This document shows positions 43,559-53,278 of a DNA stretch of 64,000 nt, one piece after another; the stretch's first letter is position 1; each line of letters begins with the position of its first letter. The stretch comes from a virus. Taxonomy: Duplodnaviria; Caudoviricetes. The position numbers and the translations under genes are program-made. A model generated the notes under the pieces. The model did not search any database, was not told the origin of the DNA, and worked only from the letters and a program-made list of their open reading frames with translations. The stretch covers positions 9,633 through 73,632 of the IMG/VR virus record IMGVR_UViG_3300047160_031539, one strand, 5' to 3'.

Positions 43559-44191
43559 TCACACGAAGACGTTAGCCAGGTTACTGCCGGCCAGGATCAG
43601 GGCGTCGAAGGTCGTCTTCTGGACGTTGCCCATGTTTTGGGCGTTCAGCGAATTTAACTCGGCAATGCCGAACAGGAAGCTGACCGGCTTGGGGTCGGGC
43701 CCGGGGCCGTTCAAGGGGATATTGGCCGTCTGATTCACGCCGGGCGGGTCCTCCAGGGGCCAGCCCCTCTGGATGGCAGTTAGCTCCCAGGTCAACCCGT
43801 ACAGGTTCTCCTGGTTGAGCAGGTCGAAGGGGATAATTACCACAGGGACACTGCCGCCCAGCATCCCCATGAGGGTACGGCCGGTGGTCTCCCGGCCCAG
43901 GCTGTCCGTGGGTCCCTTCACGCCGGGGGGCAGTACCTCGACCAGGACCGTGTCCGTGCCGTGGTAGTCCTCCGGGTGGAGGAAGAGAAATATTTTCAGG
44001 TACAGCATGTCGCCCAGGGGCAGGGGCGTGTCCACCTGGGCACTGCTGGCCACGCGGGCGATGCCGGTCTGGACGATCCGGGAGTCCAGTACCCCCGGGG
44101 GCTGGTTGCCCAGGTAGATGACTGTCGCCTGCGGGTTGGCCACCCCCGTGGGGGCGTCCCGCCGCTCCAACTGCTCCAGTCGCGGGATCAT
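43559..44191 (-). CDS. Exported protein with a Planctomycete-type N-terminal signal
   Basis: MIPRLEQLERRDAP resembles the planctomycete extracellular motif (RLExLExRxxP). Confidence 0.65.
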   Translation of the reverse strand: MIPRLEQLERRDAPTGVANPQATVIYLGNQPPGVLDSRIVQTGIARVASSAQVDTPLPLGDMLYLKIFLFLHPEDYHGTDTVLVEVLPPGVKGPTDSLGRETTGRTLMGMLGGSVPVVIIPFDLLNQENLYGLTWELTAIQRGWPLEDPPGVNQTANIPLNGPGPDPKPVSFLFGIAELNSLNAQNMGNVQKTTFDALILAGSNLANVFV

Positions 44192-44454
44192 CAGTACACC
44201 GTGTTGGGTTCGGGAACCGGTTGCGGGGGCAGTTCCACCTGGCCGCCCAGGGCCCTGGCCACGGCCTGCGCCGGAGTTCCGCCGGGGATGCCGTCAGCGG
44301 GAGAGTAGCGGTAGCCGACCGTCAGGGCCTCGGCGTAGGCGGCCAGCAGATCGGGGCCCTTCCAGTGCCAGTCGAGACCCAGTTCCAGGGTGCCGATCGG
44401 GCCCTCATGATCGGCTACGTGGACGCGGGCCCTCCAGTTGTCCGCCACCGTCAC
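44191..44454 (-). CDS. Hypothetical protein
   Basis: GTGA/TGATG-coupled 87-aa ORF. Confidence 0.6.
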   Translation of the reverse strand: MTVADNWRARVHVADHEGPIGTLELGLDWHWKGPDLLAAYAEALTVGYRYSPADGIPGGTPAQAVARALGGQVELPPQPVPEPNTVY

Positions 44455-46781
44455 CTCCGGGGTAAAACCTTCGTGCGCAGACTGCCGTCCAGTATACCGA
44501 CGATGAAGGCACAGTATTCGGGGTCCTTGGCGGCGAAGTCGGCGGCATCCCCGTAGAGCTTCTCGACGCCCATCGAGATGACCTCAGTCGCGCCGAAGTC
44601 GTAATAGCGGCCGACGTAGACGCCGCCGGAGCCGAAGGCTTTGTCGAATTCGTCCTTCCAGCCGACCTCGTCGTCCTCGTAACTGCCCCCCGGATTCAGC
44701 TCCTTGAGCTTCCGCATGGGCTCGTTGCCGACGCGGTACTTGAGGAAGGCCCGGGCGGCCTCCTTGGCGCCGGGCATCTCATCCTCGATGCCGTGGGCCA
44801 TCTCGTGGACCCAGGTCGTGGCGGGCGTGATCTCCCCCACGGCAATCTGGTTGTTGCCGAAATACTTGGCCCGGTAAGAGCCGGCGTGCCCCTCGATGCC
44901 GAACTGCGGCAGGTCAGTGCCGTGGGCGCCCTTGCCCACAATGCCGCTGAGGAAATCGACCGCGGGAGTCAGGGCCTTGGTCGTGTATTCGCCGACCTCC
45001 GGTGGCAGGGGCGCGACCTGAACCGGCGAGGGGTCGGGCACGGCCAGGGCCTTCTTGGTGGCCTGGCGGACATCGCCCTTTTCGTAGAGGGCATCCCTCT
45101 CCTGGCTGAGGGCTCCCCGCCGTGCCCGGAGTTCGTCGATTTTCGCCTTGGCCTCCAGGTACGCTTTCTTGCCCCGGTCCGTCTTGGCCTTGTTGAACCT
45201 CTTCTCGAGGCCCGGGAGGTCCATGTGCAGAAGCGACAGATCCTGGCTGAGTCGGAGGTCTTCCCGGAAGATATCCTCGAGACGCCGGGTCCTTGACTCG
45301 CCGAGCGACTCCAGGGCTGCCAGGGCTCGGACCTTCTCGTGGGCGGCCTTGGCCTGGCTGATGCGGTTCTGGATGGGGCCGTCGGGGTTGAGCGCGTCCT
45401 CGACCTTCTGGTGCATGAACCGGCGGGTGTCGTAGGTCCCGCCGTAGTCGGGGTCCTGCAAGTCGAGACCGTAGTGCTCGAAGATCTCCCGCCTGACCTC
45501 CTCCGGGTTGCTCGTGAACTGAGCGTCGTGGATCGCCCGGGCGGCGAGATCTACGTCTTGTTTCGTACGGAGGGGCCCGAGCACATCGCCAAACACGGTG
45601 ACGTAGGGGGCCTTGGTCTCGTCGAAGAGGGGGTGGGTCTTGGCGGCCGGGGCGGGCTCGGGAGGCCCAGGGGGCTGCTGGCCGGGGGCCCTCATGACCG
45701 ATACGAAATGCATGCCCGATTTGGGATCGTGGACGATTTCCTCCCTCTCCTCGGGGGTGAGGAGGGAGGGCTGGTCGTGACGGTGCAGGAGGACCTTACC
45801 CTCGTTAGCCATGCGCAGGATGGCCTCGTCGAAAGACTCCTTGGTGAACATCCCCTCAGGCATGACACGACGCATGTCTCTGAGCAGGACCGTGCTCTCG
45901 TTCCCCCCCAAGGAGTTCAGGGCATCACTGACCGCCTTGTCCGCGGCCTCCGACGTGAGGGCAGATGGCGCCGGTGGCTGCACCGGGGACGGTGGCGTCA
46001 CTCCGCCACCACCGGCCTGCAGCCGGGCCAGCACCCCCTGCACCAGCTGCTCCCGGAGTTTGCCGGGGATCTTCTGACCGTGCTCGCGGTGGAGATCCCG
46101 GAGTTGTTTGACGCTGAGGAGGGCCAGGTGGCCGGCGACCGACTCGGGCGTGTGGTGCGTCCCCTTGCCCGAGATCACCTCGCCGACGGCCTTCACCGCG
46201 GCCTCGCCGGCCTGGCCCGTGCCCTTCTTGATGAACCTGCCGTCGGGCCCCCGCGGGTGCTGGAGCTTGTCCCACTTGGCCGCCAGTGCCACCCCCATTG
46301 CGGCCCCGAGTCCCTGCTGGCCCAGCACCTCCAGGGCCCGCTCGCCGTAGAGCCCGTAGAGGATCTCGGCGATCATCTCCGCCCGCTGCCGTACGTCCCC
46401 CAGTTGTTCCTCCGACATCTCCGCCCCGCCCCAGACCCAGGGCCGCTTGGTCGCCGACAGGTCCACGGAACCGGTCACGGACAGCCGGGCCGACAGGTGC
46501 TGGCGGCGGCGGCGGACCTTCCAGGACCGGGTCTTCTTGGTCCGCTTGGACTTGGGGCTGGCCTTCTTCGGGGGCGACGGCGTGTCGGAGGGGCTGCTGC
46601 TGACATCTGGCGGGGTCGGCGTCTCCAGGACGGACTCGGGGACCGTCTCGGGCTCGGCGGGCTGGGCCAGGGCCACCTCGACGGCCGTCAGGGCCTCCTC
46701 CAGCGTCCGCGACAGGGGCAGGGCGTGCAGGAGCAGCGTGGCGTAGCGTTTGGCCCCGTCCATTTCCGTTCGCACGTCCAA
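44451..46781 (-). CDS. Multidomain putative virion-delivered protein with a C-terminal zincin metallopeptidase
   Basis: WDKLQHPRGPDGRFIKKG motif; TWVHEMAHGIE (HExxH) and a downstream TEVISMG. Confidence 0.7.
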   Translation of the reverse strand: MDVRTEMDGAKRYATLLLHALPLSRTLEEALTAVEVALAQPAEPETVPESVLETPTPPDVSSSPSDTPSPPKKASPKSKRTKKTRSWKVRRRRQHLSARLSVTGSVDLSATKRPWVWGGAEMSEEQLGDVRQRAEMIAEILYGLYGERALEVLGQQGLGAAMGVALAAKWDKLQHPRGPDGRFIKKGTGQAGEAAVKAVGEVISGKGTHHTPESVAGHLALLSVKQLRDLHREHGQKIPGKLREQLVQGVLARLQAGGGGVTPPSPVQPPAPSALTSEAADKAVSDALNSLGGNESTVLLRDMRRVMPEGMFTKESFDEAILRMANEGKVLLHRHDQPSLLTPEEREEIVHDPKSGMHFVSVMRAPGQQPPGPPEPAPAAKTHPLFDETKAPYVTVFGDVLGPLRTKQDVDLAARAIHDAQFTSNPEEVRREIFEHYGLDLQDPDYGGTYDTRRFMHQKVEDALNPDGPIQNRISQAKAAHEKVRALAALESLGESRTRRLEDIFREDLRLSQDLSLLHMDLPGLEKRFNKAKTDRGKKAYLEAKAKIDELRARRGALSQERDALYEKGDVRQATKKALAVPDPSPVQVAPLPPEVGEYTTKALTPAVDFLSGIVGKGAHGTDLPQFGIEGHAGSYRAKYFGNNQIAVGEITPATTWVHEMAHGIEDEMPGAKEAARAFLKYRVGNEPMRKLKELNPGGSYEDDEVGWKDEFDKAFGSGGVYVGRYYDFGATEVISMGVEKLYGDAADFAAKDPEYCAFIVGILDGSLRTKVLPRR

Positions 46782-46794
46782 GCCACGACTCCCC

Positions 46795-46818
46795 CAGGTG
46801 GCGCAATTGCGCCACCTG
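46795..46818. repeat. 24-bp palindrome, copy 12 (perfect)
   Basis: 2 nt after the portal stop. Confidence 0.95.
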
Positions 46819-46820
46819 CG

Positions 46821-48401
46821 CTAGGCCGCCCTCGAAGCCTTCAGGATGCGGGCGGCGATGTCGCGGATGCGGTCGGCCTCCGCCACCGAAAAGGCCATCG
46901 CCCCCGTCCCCGGCGGTTCCTGGCGAACCGGCGAGCCCGGCGGCTGTGTCCGCCACGCCCCGCCGTCGGCCCCGGGCCCGTCGTGGTAGGGGTTGGGCCC
47001 CCGGGCCTCCTTGCCGGGCATCTGGCCGCTGACCGGCTGGTGGGGGTCGTGCCCACGCTCCCTGTCCTGGCCCTGGGCACGAACCAACTGCTGCTTCGTC
47101 TGCAACAAGTTCTTCACCTTCACGCACCAGCGGGCAGCGGGACCGAAATTCCACCGCACGAGCGGCCCCAACACCTGCCGGCAGAACAATTCGAGCAGGG
47201 CGTCGGCCAGCCGCTGCTGCAACAACATGAAAGCCTCGAGCGGGATCGCCCGGCCCGAATAACCGGAGCCCGTCTCGGCGGCGGCCATCAACTCGGGGGG
47301 CACGCCGATGCCGTAGCGGATCTGGTCGCACAGGTACTGGATGTAGGCAATGAGGCCCGCCCCGTCCAGCGTCCCCTCGGGCAGGTGGAACTCCCACTCG
47401 TCCCCGCCGCCCAGGTCGCCCGGGTACTTGGTCGAGGGCATGCCGACCCCGGCACCGGCCTTGTACCACTCGCACATCTGCCGGGCCATGTCGCGTCCCC
47501 AGCGGACGCTGTTGCCCTGGCTGTCCATCGTCGAGCCGGGCGTGCCGGGCGGGCAGACGAAACTCTTGTCGGGGTACTTGATGACCGGCCCGGCGTAGCC
47601 GAAGCGGTAGAAGCCGCCGTCCACGACCGTCTCGGCCGCGTCCTTCCAGGCCAGCCGCCGCCACGGCCGCCAGGCCCCCAGCAACTGGCTCTGGCCGTAG
47701 AACTGGCTGTACCGGGGATTGTGTGCGTACCAGAGTGCCTTCGCGGGAACGTCCTGGGAGGCCATCCACAGGTCCGTGACGCCCGGGGCCGCCCCCGCGA
47801 CCCGCTCCAGTTGCTTCTGCTCGGGGCTCAGCTCCTTCTGGACCGCCACCTGCTTCACGCGCACGCCCACGGGCCTGGTGTCCTGGGTGAGCAGGTACAC
47901 GTCGCGGGGCGAGAACTGGAGCAGGCCGTCCCACTCCAGGTACTTGTCCTGGCGGTAGAGGTTCTCCCCGGCGATCCAGCCGTACTCGTAGCCGGCCTGG
48001 AGCAGGGGCACCCCGCGGTCCCAGTAGCGGTGGCAGTGCTCCAGCACGAAGCCGGCCACCTCGGGGCTGTCGCTGATGGGCTTGCCGTTGGGGTCGCCCT
48101 CCTTGGGCCCGCCCCAGAACTCCGCCCCGGCGATGCCGGACTTGAAGTAGTTGAGGGCACTGAGGACGACCGGGTGGATCATCATCAGCTCGATGTCCCG
48201 CAGCAGGTAGAACTGCGGGACGACCTCGGCCGACCACAGGGCCCACAGGGGCAGGGTCGGGCGGTAGCCCTGGGTCAGGGGCTCGCCGATCAGACGCTGC
48301 TCCAGTTCGGTACGTGCGACGTGCGGCAGGAGCACGTTGGCGTTGCCGTTGGCGTTGCCGTTGCCATTCTGTGCCGGTGCCGGTGCGGTCGGGTCCATCA
48401 C
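46821..48401 (-). CDS. Portal protein (Mu gp29/DUF935-like)
   Basis: HPVVLSAL, AGYEYGW, YAHNPRYSQFYGQSQLLGAWRPW, RFGYAGPVIKYP, IRYGIGVP. Confidence 0.75.
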   Translation of the reverse strand: MMDPTAPAPAQNGNGNANGNANVLLPHVARTELEQRLIGEPLTQGYRPTLPLWALWSAEVVPQFYLLRDIELMMIHPVVLSALNYFKSGIAGAEFWGGPKEGDPNGKPISDSPEVAGFVLEHCHRYWDRGVPLLQAGYEYGWIAGENLYRQDKYLEWDGLLQFSPRDVYLLTQDTRPVGVRVKQVAVQKELSPEQKQLERVAGAAPGVTDLWMASQDVPAKALWYAHNPRYSQFYGQSQLLGAWRPWRRLAWKDAAETVVDGGFYRFGYAGPVIKYPDKSFVCPPGTPGSTMDSQGNSVRWGRDMARQMCEWYKAGAGVGMPSTKYPGDLGGGDEWEFHLPEGTLDGAGLIAYIQYLCDQIRYGIGVPPELMAAAETGSGYSGRAIPLEAFMLLQQRLADALLELFCRQVLGPLVRWNFGPAARWCVKVKNLLQTKQQLVRAQGQDRERGHDPHQPVSGQMPGKEARGPNPYHDGPGADGGAWRTQPPGSPVRQEPPGTGAMAFSVAEADRIRDIAARILKASRAA

Positions 48402-49111
48402 TGCCTCAGTTGCGCATTGTTGGGCGGCAGGATGCCGATGCCGCTGATCCCGCCGATCTGGGCGTTGTAGGCGGCCAGGGCCGAGTTCTGGTCCGTGGGG
48501 GCCACCGGCAGGCCGATCGCGTCGGGCAGTTTGGCGTCCCCGCGGACGTGGAGCGCCGGGTTGAAGGGCACGATGTCGTTGAGGTCCATCCGCGTCGGGG
48601 CCCGCGGCAGCATGTAGTGCAACTCCCAGTAGGCGTAAAAGATCGGCACCCCGCTCCAGTTGCCGATGAGCAGGTTGGCCGCACGCTGGATTCTATCGGG
48701 GACCGGCGTGATGCCGCCAACGTACTTGAGCCCCGGGATCGGGACCGGGTAGCCGGCCCGCATGGCCCAGCCGCGGAGGACGAAGCGGAAGTCCGAGGTG
48801 GCCATCCGCTGGATCACGTCCACCGTCGCGACCGACGAGCCCACCGGGTAGGGCGCCTGCGTCGTGTCCAGGTTATTGTCGTTGATATAGACCTGCGCCA
48901 GCGTATCGGGGTCGTAGTCCTGCCGCGGCAGGGGCTTGTGCAGGGCCATGCCGGAATCGAGTGAGACCTCGACCCAGCAGCGGTAGTCCAGCCACGAAGC
49001 GGCCGGGTCGCTGACCCAGGGCAGTGCCAGGTCCTGCTCCGGGTTGGTGTTGAGATCATCGATATTCGTGACCTGACCGGCGAAGTCAGGACTGAACGGG
49101 TCAAAGGGCAT
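48398..49111 (-). CDS. Putative tail/baseplate structural protein
   Basis: Follows the tape-measure region; GGAGG RBS. Confidence 0.5.
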   Translation of the reverse strand: MPFDPFSPDFAGQVTNIDDLNTNPEQDLALPWVSDPAASWLDYRCWVEVSLDSGMALHKPLPRQDYDPDTLAQVYINDNNLDTTQAPYPVGSSVATVDVIQRMATSDFRFVLRGWAMRAGYPVPIPGLKYVGGITPVPDRIQRAANLLIGNWSGVPIFYAYWELHYMLPRAPTRMDLNDIVPFNPALHVRGDAKLPDAIGLPVAPTDQNSALAAYNAQIGGISGIGILPPNNAQLRQ

Positions 49112-49120
49112 TGGGTCCTC

Positions 49121-49144
49121 CAGGTGGCGCAATTGCGCCACCTG
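49121..49144. repeat. 24-bp palindrome, copy 13 (perfect)
   Basis: 3 nt after the stop at 49148, overlapping into the RBS. Confidence 0.95.
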
Positions 49145-49147
49145 ATT

Positions 49148-50608
49148 CTAGCCGCCGAAGGGCACTTGGGGCGGGGTGCCGCCACCCAGGTCCACGATCA
49201 CGTCCTGGTTGGGGTTCAGTTGGTTGGTCAGCCAGGACGAGGAGCCCATGACGGTCGAGAGGGTCGCGGCCGCCCACAGGCCCCCCGTCGAGCCCGGCAG
49301 CCACCGCCAGATGCCACTGGCGTTGAGCAGGCTGGGCAGGTCCGTCAGGAGGGTCCAGACGGCCTCGAAGGTGACGGTCTTACTGTCGAGGTAGAGGCCC
49401 TCGTCCACCGAGAAGTCAATGGGGATGGCGTAGCCCGTTTTTACCTTGGGCTGGACGGCCACGGCGGTCGGCTGGCTGAAAAGTTGCCGGAAGAAGGCGA
49501 TGGCCGTCGTCACGATCGTGAAGGGCAGCGGGTTGGCCGGCTTCGGCAGGGGCTTGGGCGTGCCCGGCGGGGCGGTGTCGGCCAGGTACGTGAATTTACC
49601 GTTGGCCGACTGGCTCATGCGGTAATACCACAGGGCACAGAAGTTCTCGTAGGCGATGCGCCTCGGCTGGTCGCCGCGGACGGTGTAGGTGGCCTTGAGC
49701 GAGATCGTCCAGATGTTGGCCGCCCCCAGGAAGACTTTCTTGCCCGAGCGGCGGATCGACATCGTGCCGCGGGCATCCGTGCAGTAGAGCGGCAGGCCCA
49801 TCGGCGGCAGTTCCTCGGCCACGTACTCCCAGTCGCACTTCCGCTTGTCCCGGCTGTAGTTGAAGGACCGCCGCACGACCCGGAACTTGGTCAGGTCGAT
49901 CTGCAGGTTCATCCAGGCCAGGCGGAAGGCGTCCACGGTCGTGGGGACGGTGCGGTCGATGACCGTGCTGCGGGTGATCGGCACCTCCAGGGTCCCGTGG
50001 ATCGCCAGGCCCGAGTAGCCGTCCTCGCCGAAGGTCAGCGAGCACTCGTAGTTCCACTGGAGCACCGTGGCCAGGACCGGGACCAGAATCCCGATCCGCG
50101 GCAGGCCGGGCGTTGGCGGGATGGTAGGGGCCGGGGCCGGTGTCACCAGGCCGGGCAGTTCGGGCACCCGGCACGTCACCTGCCAGGACACGAAGGCCCC
50201 GTTGCCCTGCCCCAGGGGCTTGAAGTCGAGGACCTTGGGCATCGGGCCCCAGGCCACGTCCCGGAGGCCGCCGCCGCCGGGCGGGTTGATCGTAAAAGGC
50301 CCGAACCCCCTGCCGGTGTAAGTCAGCGTGCCGGCGTGGGCACTGAGACGCTGCCGCAGGAGCGTCATGGAAGTATCCGTGCCACTGCCGGGCACCTGCA
50401 GGAGGGGGTTGGAGAGGGTGACGTGGCCGTCCACCTGCAGCGTCCACTCGACGAACATCGTCGTCCTGTGGGCCTCGTCCTGGACGACGCGGCCCGACTG
50501 CTTGCTCGTGTACAGCGACGAGAACGTCACGCCGTTGTAGGCCAGTTGGCCGATGTCGGGCAGGGGCGCGATGCCCGTCGAGGTCAGGAAGTTGGACGGG
50601 GAAGGCAT
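49148..50608 (-). CDS. Putative distal tail/hub protein
   Basis: Directly after the tape-measure-like gene (TGATG coupling); beta-rich. Confidence 0.5.
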   Translation of the reverse strand: MPSPSNFLTSTGIAPLPDIGQLAYNGVTFSSLYTSKQSGRVVQDEAHRTTMFVEWTLQVDGHVTLSNPLLQVPGSGTDTSMTLLRQRLSAHAGTLTYTGRGFGPFTINPPGGGGLRDVAWGPMPKVLDFKPLGQGNGAFVSWQVTCRVPELPGLVTPAPAPTIPPTPGLPRIGILVPVLATVLQWNYECSLTFGEDGYSGLAIHGTLEVPITRSTVIDRTVPTTVDAFRLAWMNLQIDLTKFRVVRRSFNYSRDKRKCDWEYVAEELPPMGLPLYCTDARGTMSIRRSGKKVFLGAANIWTISLKATYTVRGDQPRRIAYENFCALWYYRMSQSANGKFTYLADTAPPGTPKPLPKPANPLPFTIVTTAIAFFRQLFSQPTAVAVQPKVKTGYAIPIDFSVDEGLYLDSKTVTFEAVWTLLTDLPSLLNASGIWRWLPGSTGGLWAAATLSTVMGSSSWLTNQLNPNQDVIVDLGGGTPPQVPFGG

Positions 50609-52320
50609 CAGCGGGCTCCTGGTTGGGCCCCCTCGCGGAAGGCGGGGCCGAAGTGTCGGGTCATCCACTCCATCGGGTCCTGGCCGGGCTTGGTCCAGTC
50701 GTTGAGCTGGTCGAGGCCGCGGTTGGTCTCCTCGGCGATCTTGCGTTTGATGTCCTCGACCTTGCCGCTGAGGATCGGGATGTGCTCGGCCGCGATGGTC
50801 AGGAGGTTGATGCCCAGTTCGACCAGGGGCAAGAGTTGTTCCAGCCGTTCCATCGCGGCGATGATGACGGGTGTCATGCGTGCCATGATGTTGGCCTTGG
50901 CGTCCTCGTACTTCTGCTGGAGCGAGCTGGACGCCTGGACGTACTGGGCCAGGGCCGGCCCGACCTCCTGGGCCCGGCGCAATTCACCCAAGGTCTGCGT
51001 CACGTCGGCCAGGGCCTGGGCAGTTGCCACCTGGGGGCTGTAGGCGCCGTAGCGTTCCGCGAAGCCGTCCAGGGCGTGCATGAAGCCGGCTAGGGCCTGG
51101 GTGGCGGCCCCGACCGTGCTGGCGAAGAAGCCCAGGACGTTCCAGGACAAGAGGGCGTTGTCGCCGAGTTTCGACAGGGCATCCCCGGTCGCCTCGGCAA
51201 AGCGGGCCGGGTTGGTGTCGGGGGAGACGAGGGCGGTCGTAAAATCCCCCAGGCCCCGGATCGCCCCGGCCACGGCAGCACGGTAGGCGCTCAGGGCCTC
51301 GGTGATGCCCACGACGGCTGCCACGGCGACCCCGGCCGCCCCGGCCCCGCCGCCGACCGCCGAGGCGATGTCCAGGCCGGCCCCGACGGCCTTGCCGAAG
51401 ACGCCCCCCAAGGTGCCGCGAAGGGCCTTGGCGATGGACAGGAGGGGGTTCTCCTTCTCCTCGTCCTTGGGGTAGAGCCGCTTGTAGGCCGCATCGATGG
51501 CGCCCCTTTGCACCTCGGCCCGCCGACGCTTCCGGGCCTCCCGCTCGGCGTACTGCTCGGGCGTCAGCACGTCGAGGGCCTTCTGGGTGGCGACCGCTAA
51601 CTGCTTCCTGCGTTCGGTAAGCTGCTGCTCCATGAAGGCCAGTTGGGCGAGCGTGTCGGGGTCCATCGAGGCCTGCAGCCGCTCCATCTCCTGGCGGAAG
51701 GCCGCCCACTTAGCCTCCAGGTCCACGACCGGCACGACCTCGGGCGGCCCGTGGATCTGCTCCTCCAGGTCCCGGCGGGCCTGGGCCAGCATCTCCCGGG
51801 TGGCCCTCTCGGCCTGCTCCTGCTGGTAGGCCAGTTGCGCCATCTCCTGGGCGTTCTGCCAGGTGATGGTGCCCAGTTTCTCCGTGGCGTACTCGGCCGA
51901 CACCTGGGCCTGGGCCAGTTGGCGGGTGATCTCGGCGAAGGCCCGGGCCTGATAGACGGCCGGGCCCAGGGCGTCGGCCAGGTCGCGGAAGCGGTCGGCG
52001 GCCTGCTGCTCCAACTGGACCCACTCGTTGAGCCCCGAGACCGCACTCGCCAGGGCGGCGGGGTCCAGGGCCTCCTGGAGGGCATTGATGCGTTCCCGCA
52101 GGCCCTCCAGGAAGTTGACTGTGGGCGGCAGGCCGATGGGCGGCAGGCCCGGCAGGCCGGGGATGTCTCCCCCCGAAGGCGGCCCGCCGGGGCCGGCACC
52201 GCCGCCGGGTCCCGGCGGCCCGCCACCCCCTGCCCCGCCTCCGCCTCCACCGCCCCCGCCGCCGCCTGCGCCACCGGGCGGCCCGGTGGCCACGATTTTG
52301 AGGATCGCTTCGTCTGCCAC
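50608..52320 (-). CDS. Tape-measure-like protein
   Basis: 570-aa Ala/Leu/Gln helical coiled coil with a central hydrophobic stretch, following the tube-like gene. Confidence 0.65.
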   Translation of the reverse strand: MADEAILKIVATGPPGGAGGGGGGGGGGGAGGGGPPGPGGGAGPGGPPSGGDIPGLPGLPPIGLPPTVNFLEGLRERINALQEALDPAALASAVSGLNEWVQLEQQAADRFRDLADALGPAVYQARAFAEITRQLAQAQVSAEYATEKLGTITWQNAQEMAQLAYQQEQAERATREMLAQARRDLEEQIHGPPEVVPVVDLEAKWAAFRQEMERLQASMDPDTLAQLAFMEQQLTERRKQLAVATQKALDVLTPEQYAEREARKRRRAEVQRGAIDAAYKRLYPKDEEKENPLLSIAKALRGTLGGVFGKAVGAGLDIASAVGGGAGAAGVAVAAVVGITEALSAYRAAVAGAIRGLGDFTTALVSPDTNPARFAEATGDALSKLGDNALLSWNVLGFFASTVGAATQALAGFMHALDGFAERYGAYSPQVATAQALADVTQTLGELRRAQEVGPALAQYVQASSSLQQKYEDAKANIMARMTPVIIAAMERLEQLLPLVELGINLLTIAAEHIPILSGKVEDIKRKIAEETNRGLDQLNDWTKPGQDPMEWMTRHFGPAFREGAQPGAR

Positions 52321-52341
52321 AAGTCCCCCTCGGCTACGCCT

Positions 52342-52863
52342 TTACGTGCAGACGAAGGGCACGTTCCACGTCACCGAGCCGAGGATCGTCAAGTAGGGGA
52401 ACAGGATGTACTCGATGGGCAGTTCCCGCATCTTGCTCGTCATTAAAAAGGCGGACTGGCTGTTGGGGGCTACGACGCACGAGAGGGCCGTCAGGCTCTG
52501 GGGCGTCGTCGGCGGGTTGCCCAGGATGGCCGTCAGGACCATCGACTGGCCGAAGGTCGTCCACCGCTGGCCGATGGCCTGCACGGCCGGCGAGAGGGAG
52601 TTGGCGACCCGCTGGCCCGTGGCCTGGAGCGAGTCCAGAAGGCCCTGCTTCCACTCCAGGCCCCGCAGACGTAGCCGCCAGTCCTGGCCGCGGTAAATCG
52701 CCTCGACCAACGTCATGCCATAAGCGTCGGTCTCGGCGATCTCCTGGCCCTTGATGGTCGCCGTGATCTCGAAACCGTCGTCGTTCTGGGTCCCCAGGAC
52801 GAAGGCGTTCCAGGTGCCCAGGTACGGGCCCGAGATCGGCACGACGAGGCCGGCCTGTGCCAT
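52342..52863 (-). CDS. Tail tube-like protein
   Basis: 173 aa; LGTQNDDGFEIT...ETDAYGMTLVEAIYRG; directly before the TMP-like gene. Confidence 0.55.
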   Translation of the reverse strand: MAQAGLVVPISGPYLGTWNAFVLGTQNDDGFEITATIKGQEIAETDAYGMTLVEAIYRGQDWRLRLRGLEWKQGLLDSLQATGQRVANSLSPAVQAIGQRWTTFGQSMVLTAILGNPPTTPQSLTALSCVVAPNSQSAFLMTSKMRELPIEYILFPYLTILGSVTWNVPFVCT

Positions 52864-52864
52864 T

Positions 52865-53278
52865 TTACTGCCCCCCCAGGGGGACAGAGCCTGCCCCCAC
52901 TTTTGGCTCCTGGTCGGTCACGCCGACGCCACCGGCGGCGACTTCCCGAATGTCGGCGTCCGGCCAGCCCTCCAGTTCGGCGATCTGGGCCATATTGGCC
53001 TTCCACTCCGGGCTGTCCCTGCACTCCGGGCAGGTGACGGCCCGGCTCTCGGCCGAGTGGACGCAGGGCGTCGTCCGGTCGCCCTGGACTAAAGGCGTCA
53101 CCTGCTTTAGGCCCCGCTGGCAGGCGATGTAGCCCCGGACGCCGCCCAGGGTCAGGGGCCCCAGGGCCGTCGGGGTCGTCGTGGACGGCGTCTGGGCCGG
53201 CCCCGCGTCGTCCCAGACGAAGTAGTGGATGCGGACCTGCTTCCTGTCCGGCAGCATCTTGATGACGACCTGCATCAT
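52865..53278 (-). CDS. His/Cys Zn-binding small protein
   Basis: RIHY...IAC...SAESRAVTCPEC; paralogue of 53275-53529. Confidence 0.6.
   Translation of the reverse strand: MMQVVIKMLPDRKQVRIHYFVWDDAGPAQTPSTTTPTALGPLTLGGVRGYIACQRGLKQVTPLVQGDRTTPCVHSAESRAVTCPECRDSPEWKANMAQIAELEGWPDADIREVAAGGVGVTDQEPKVGAGSVPLGGQ

Noticed and set aside
45339-48470. 1043-aa plus-strand ORF, and similar long ORFs at 22768-24717, 28407-30632, 49124-51043 and 60024-62126
   Set aside because: These are antisense shadows of well-supported minus-strand genes. High GC3 suppresses stops on the opposite strand, and no motifs or RBS are present.
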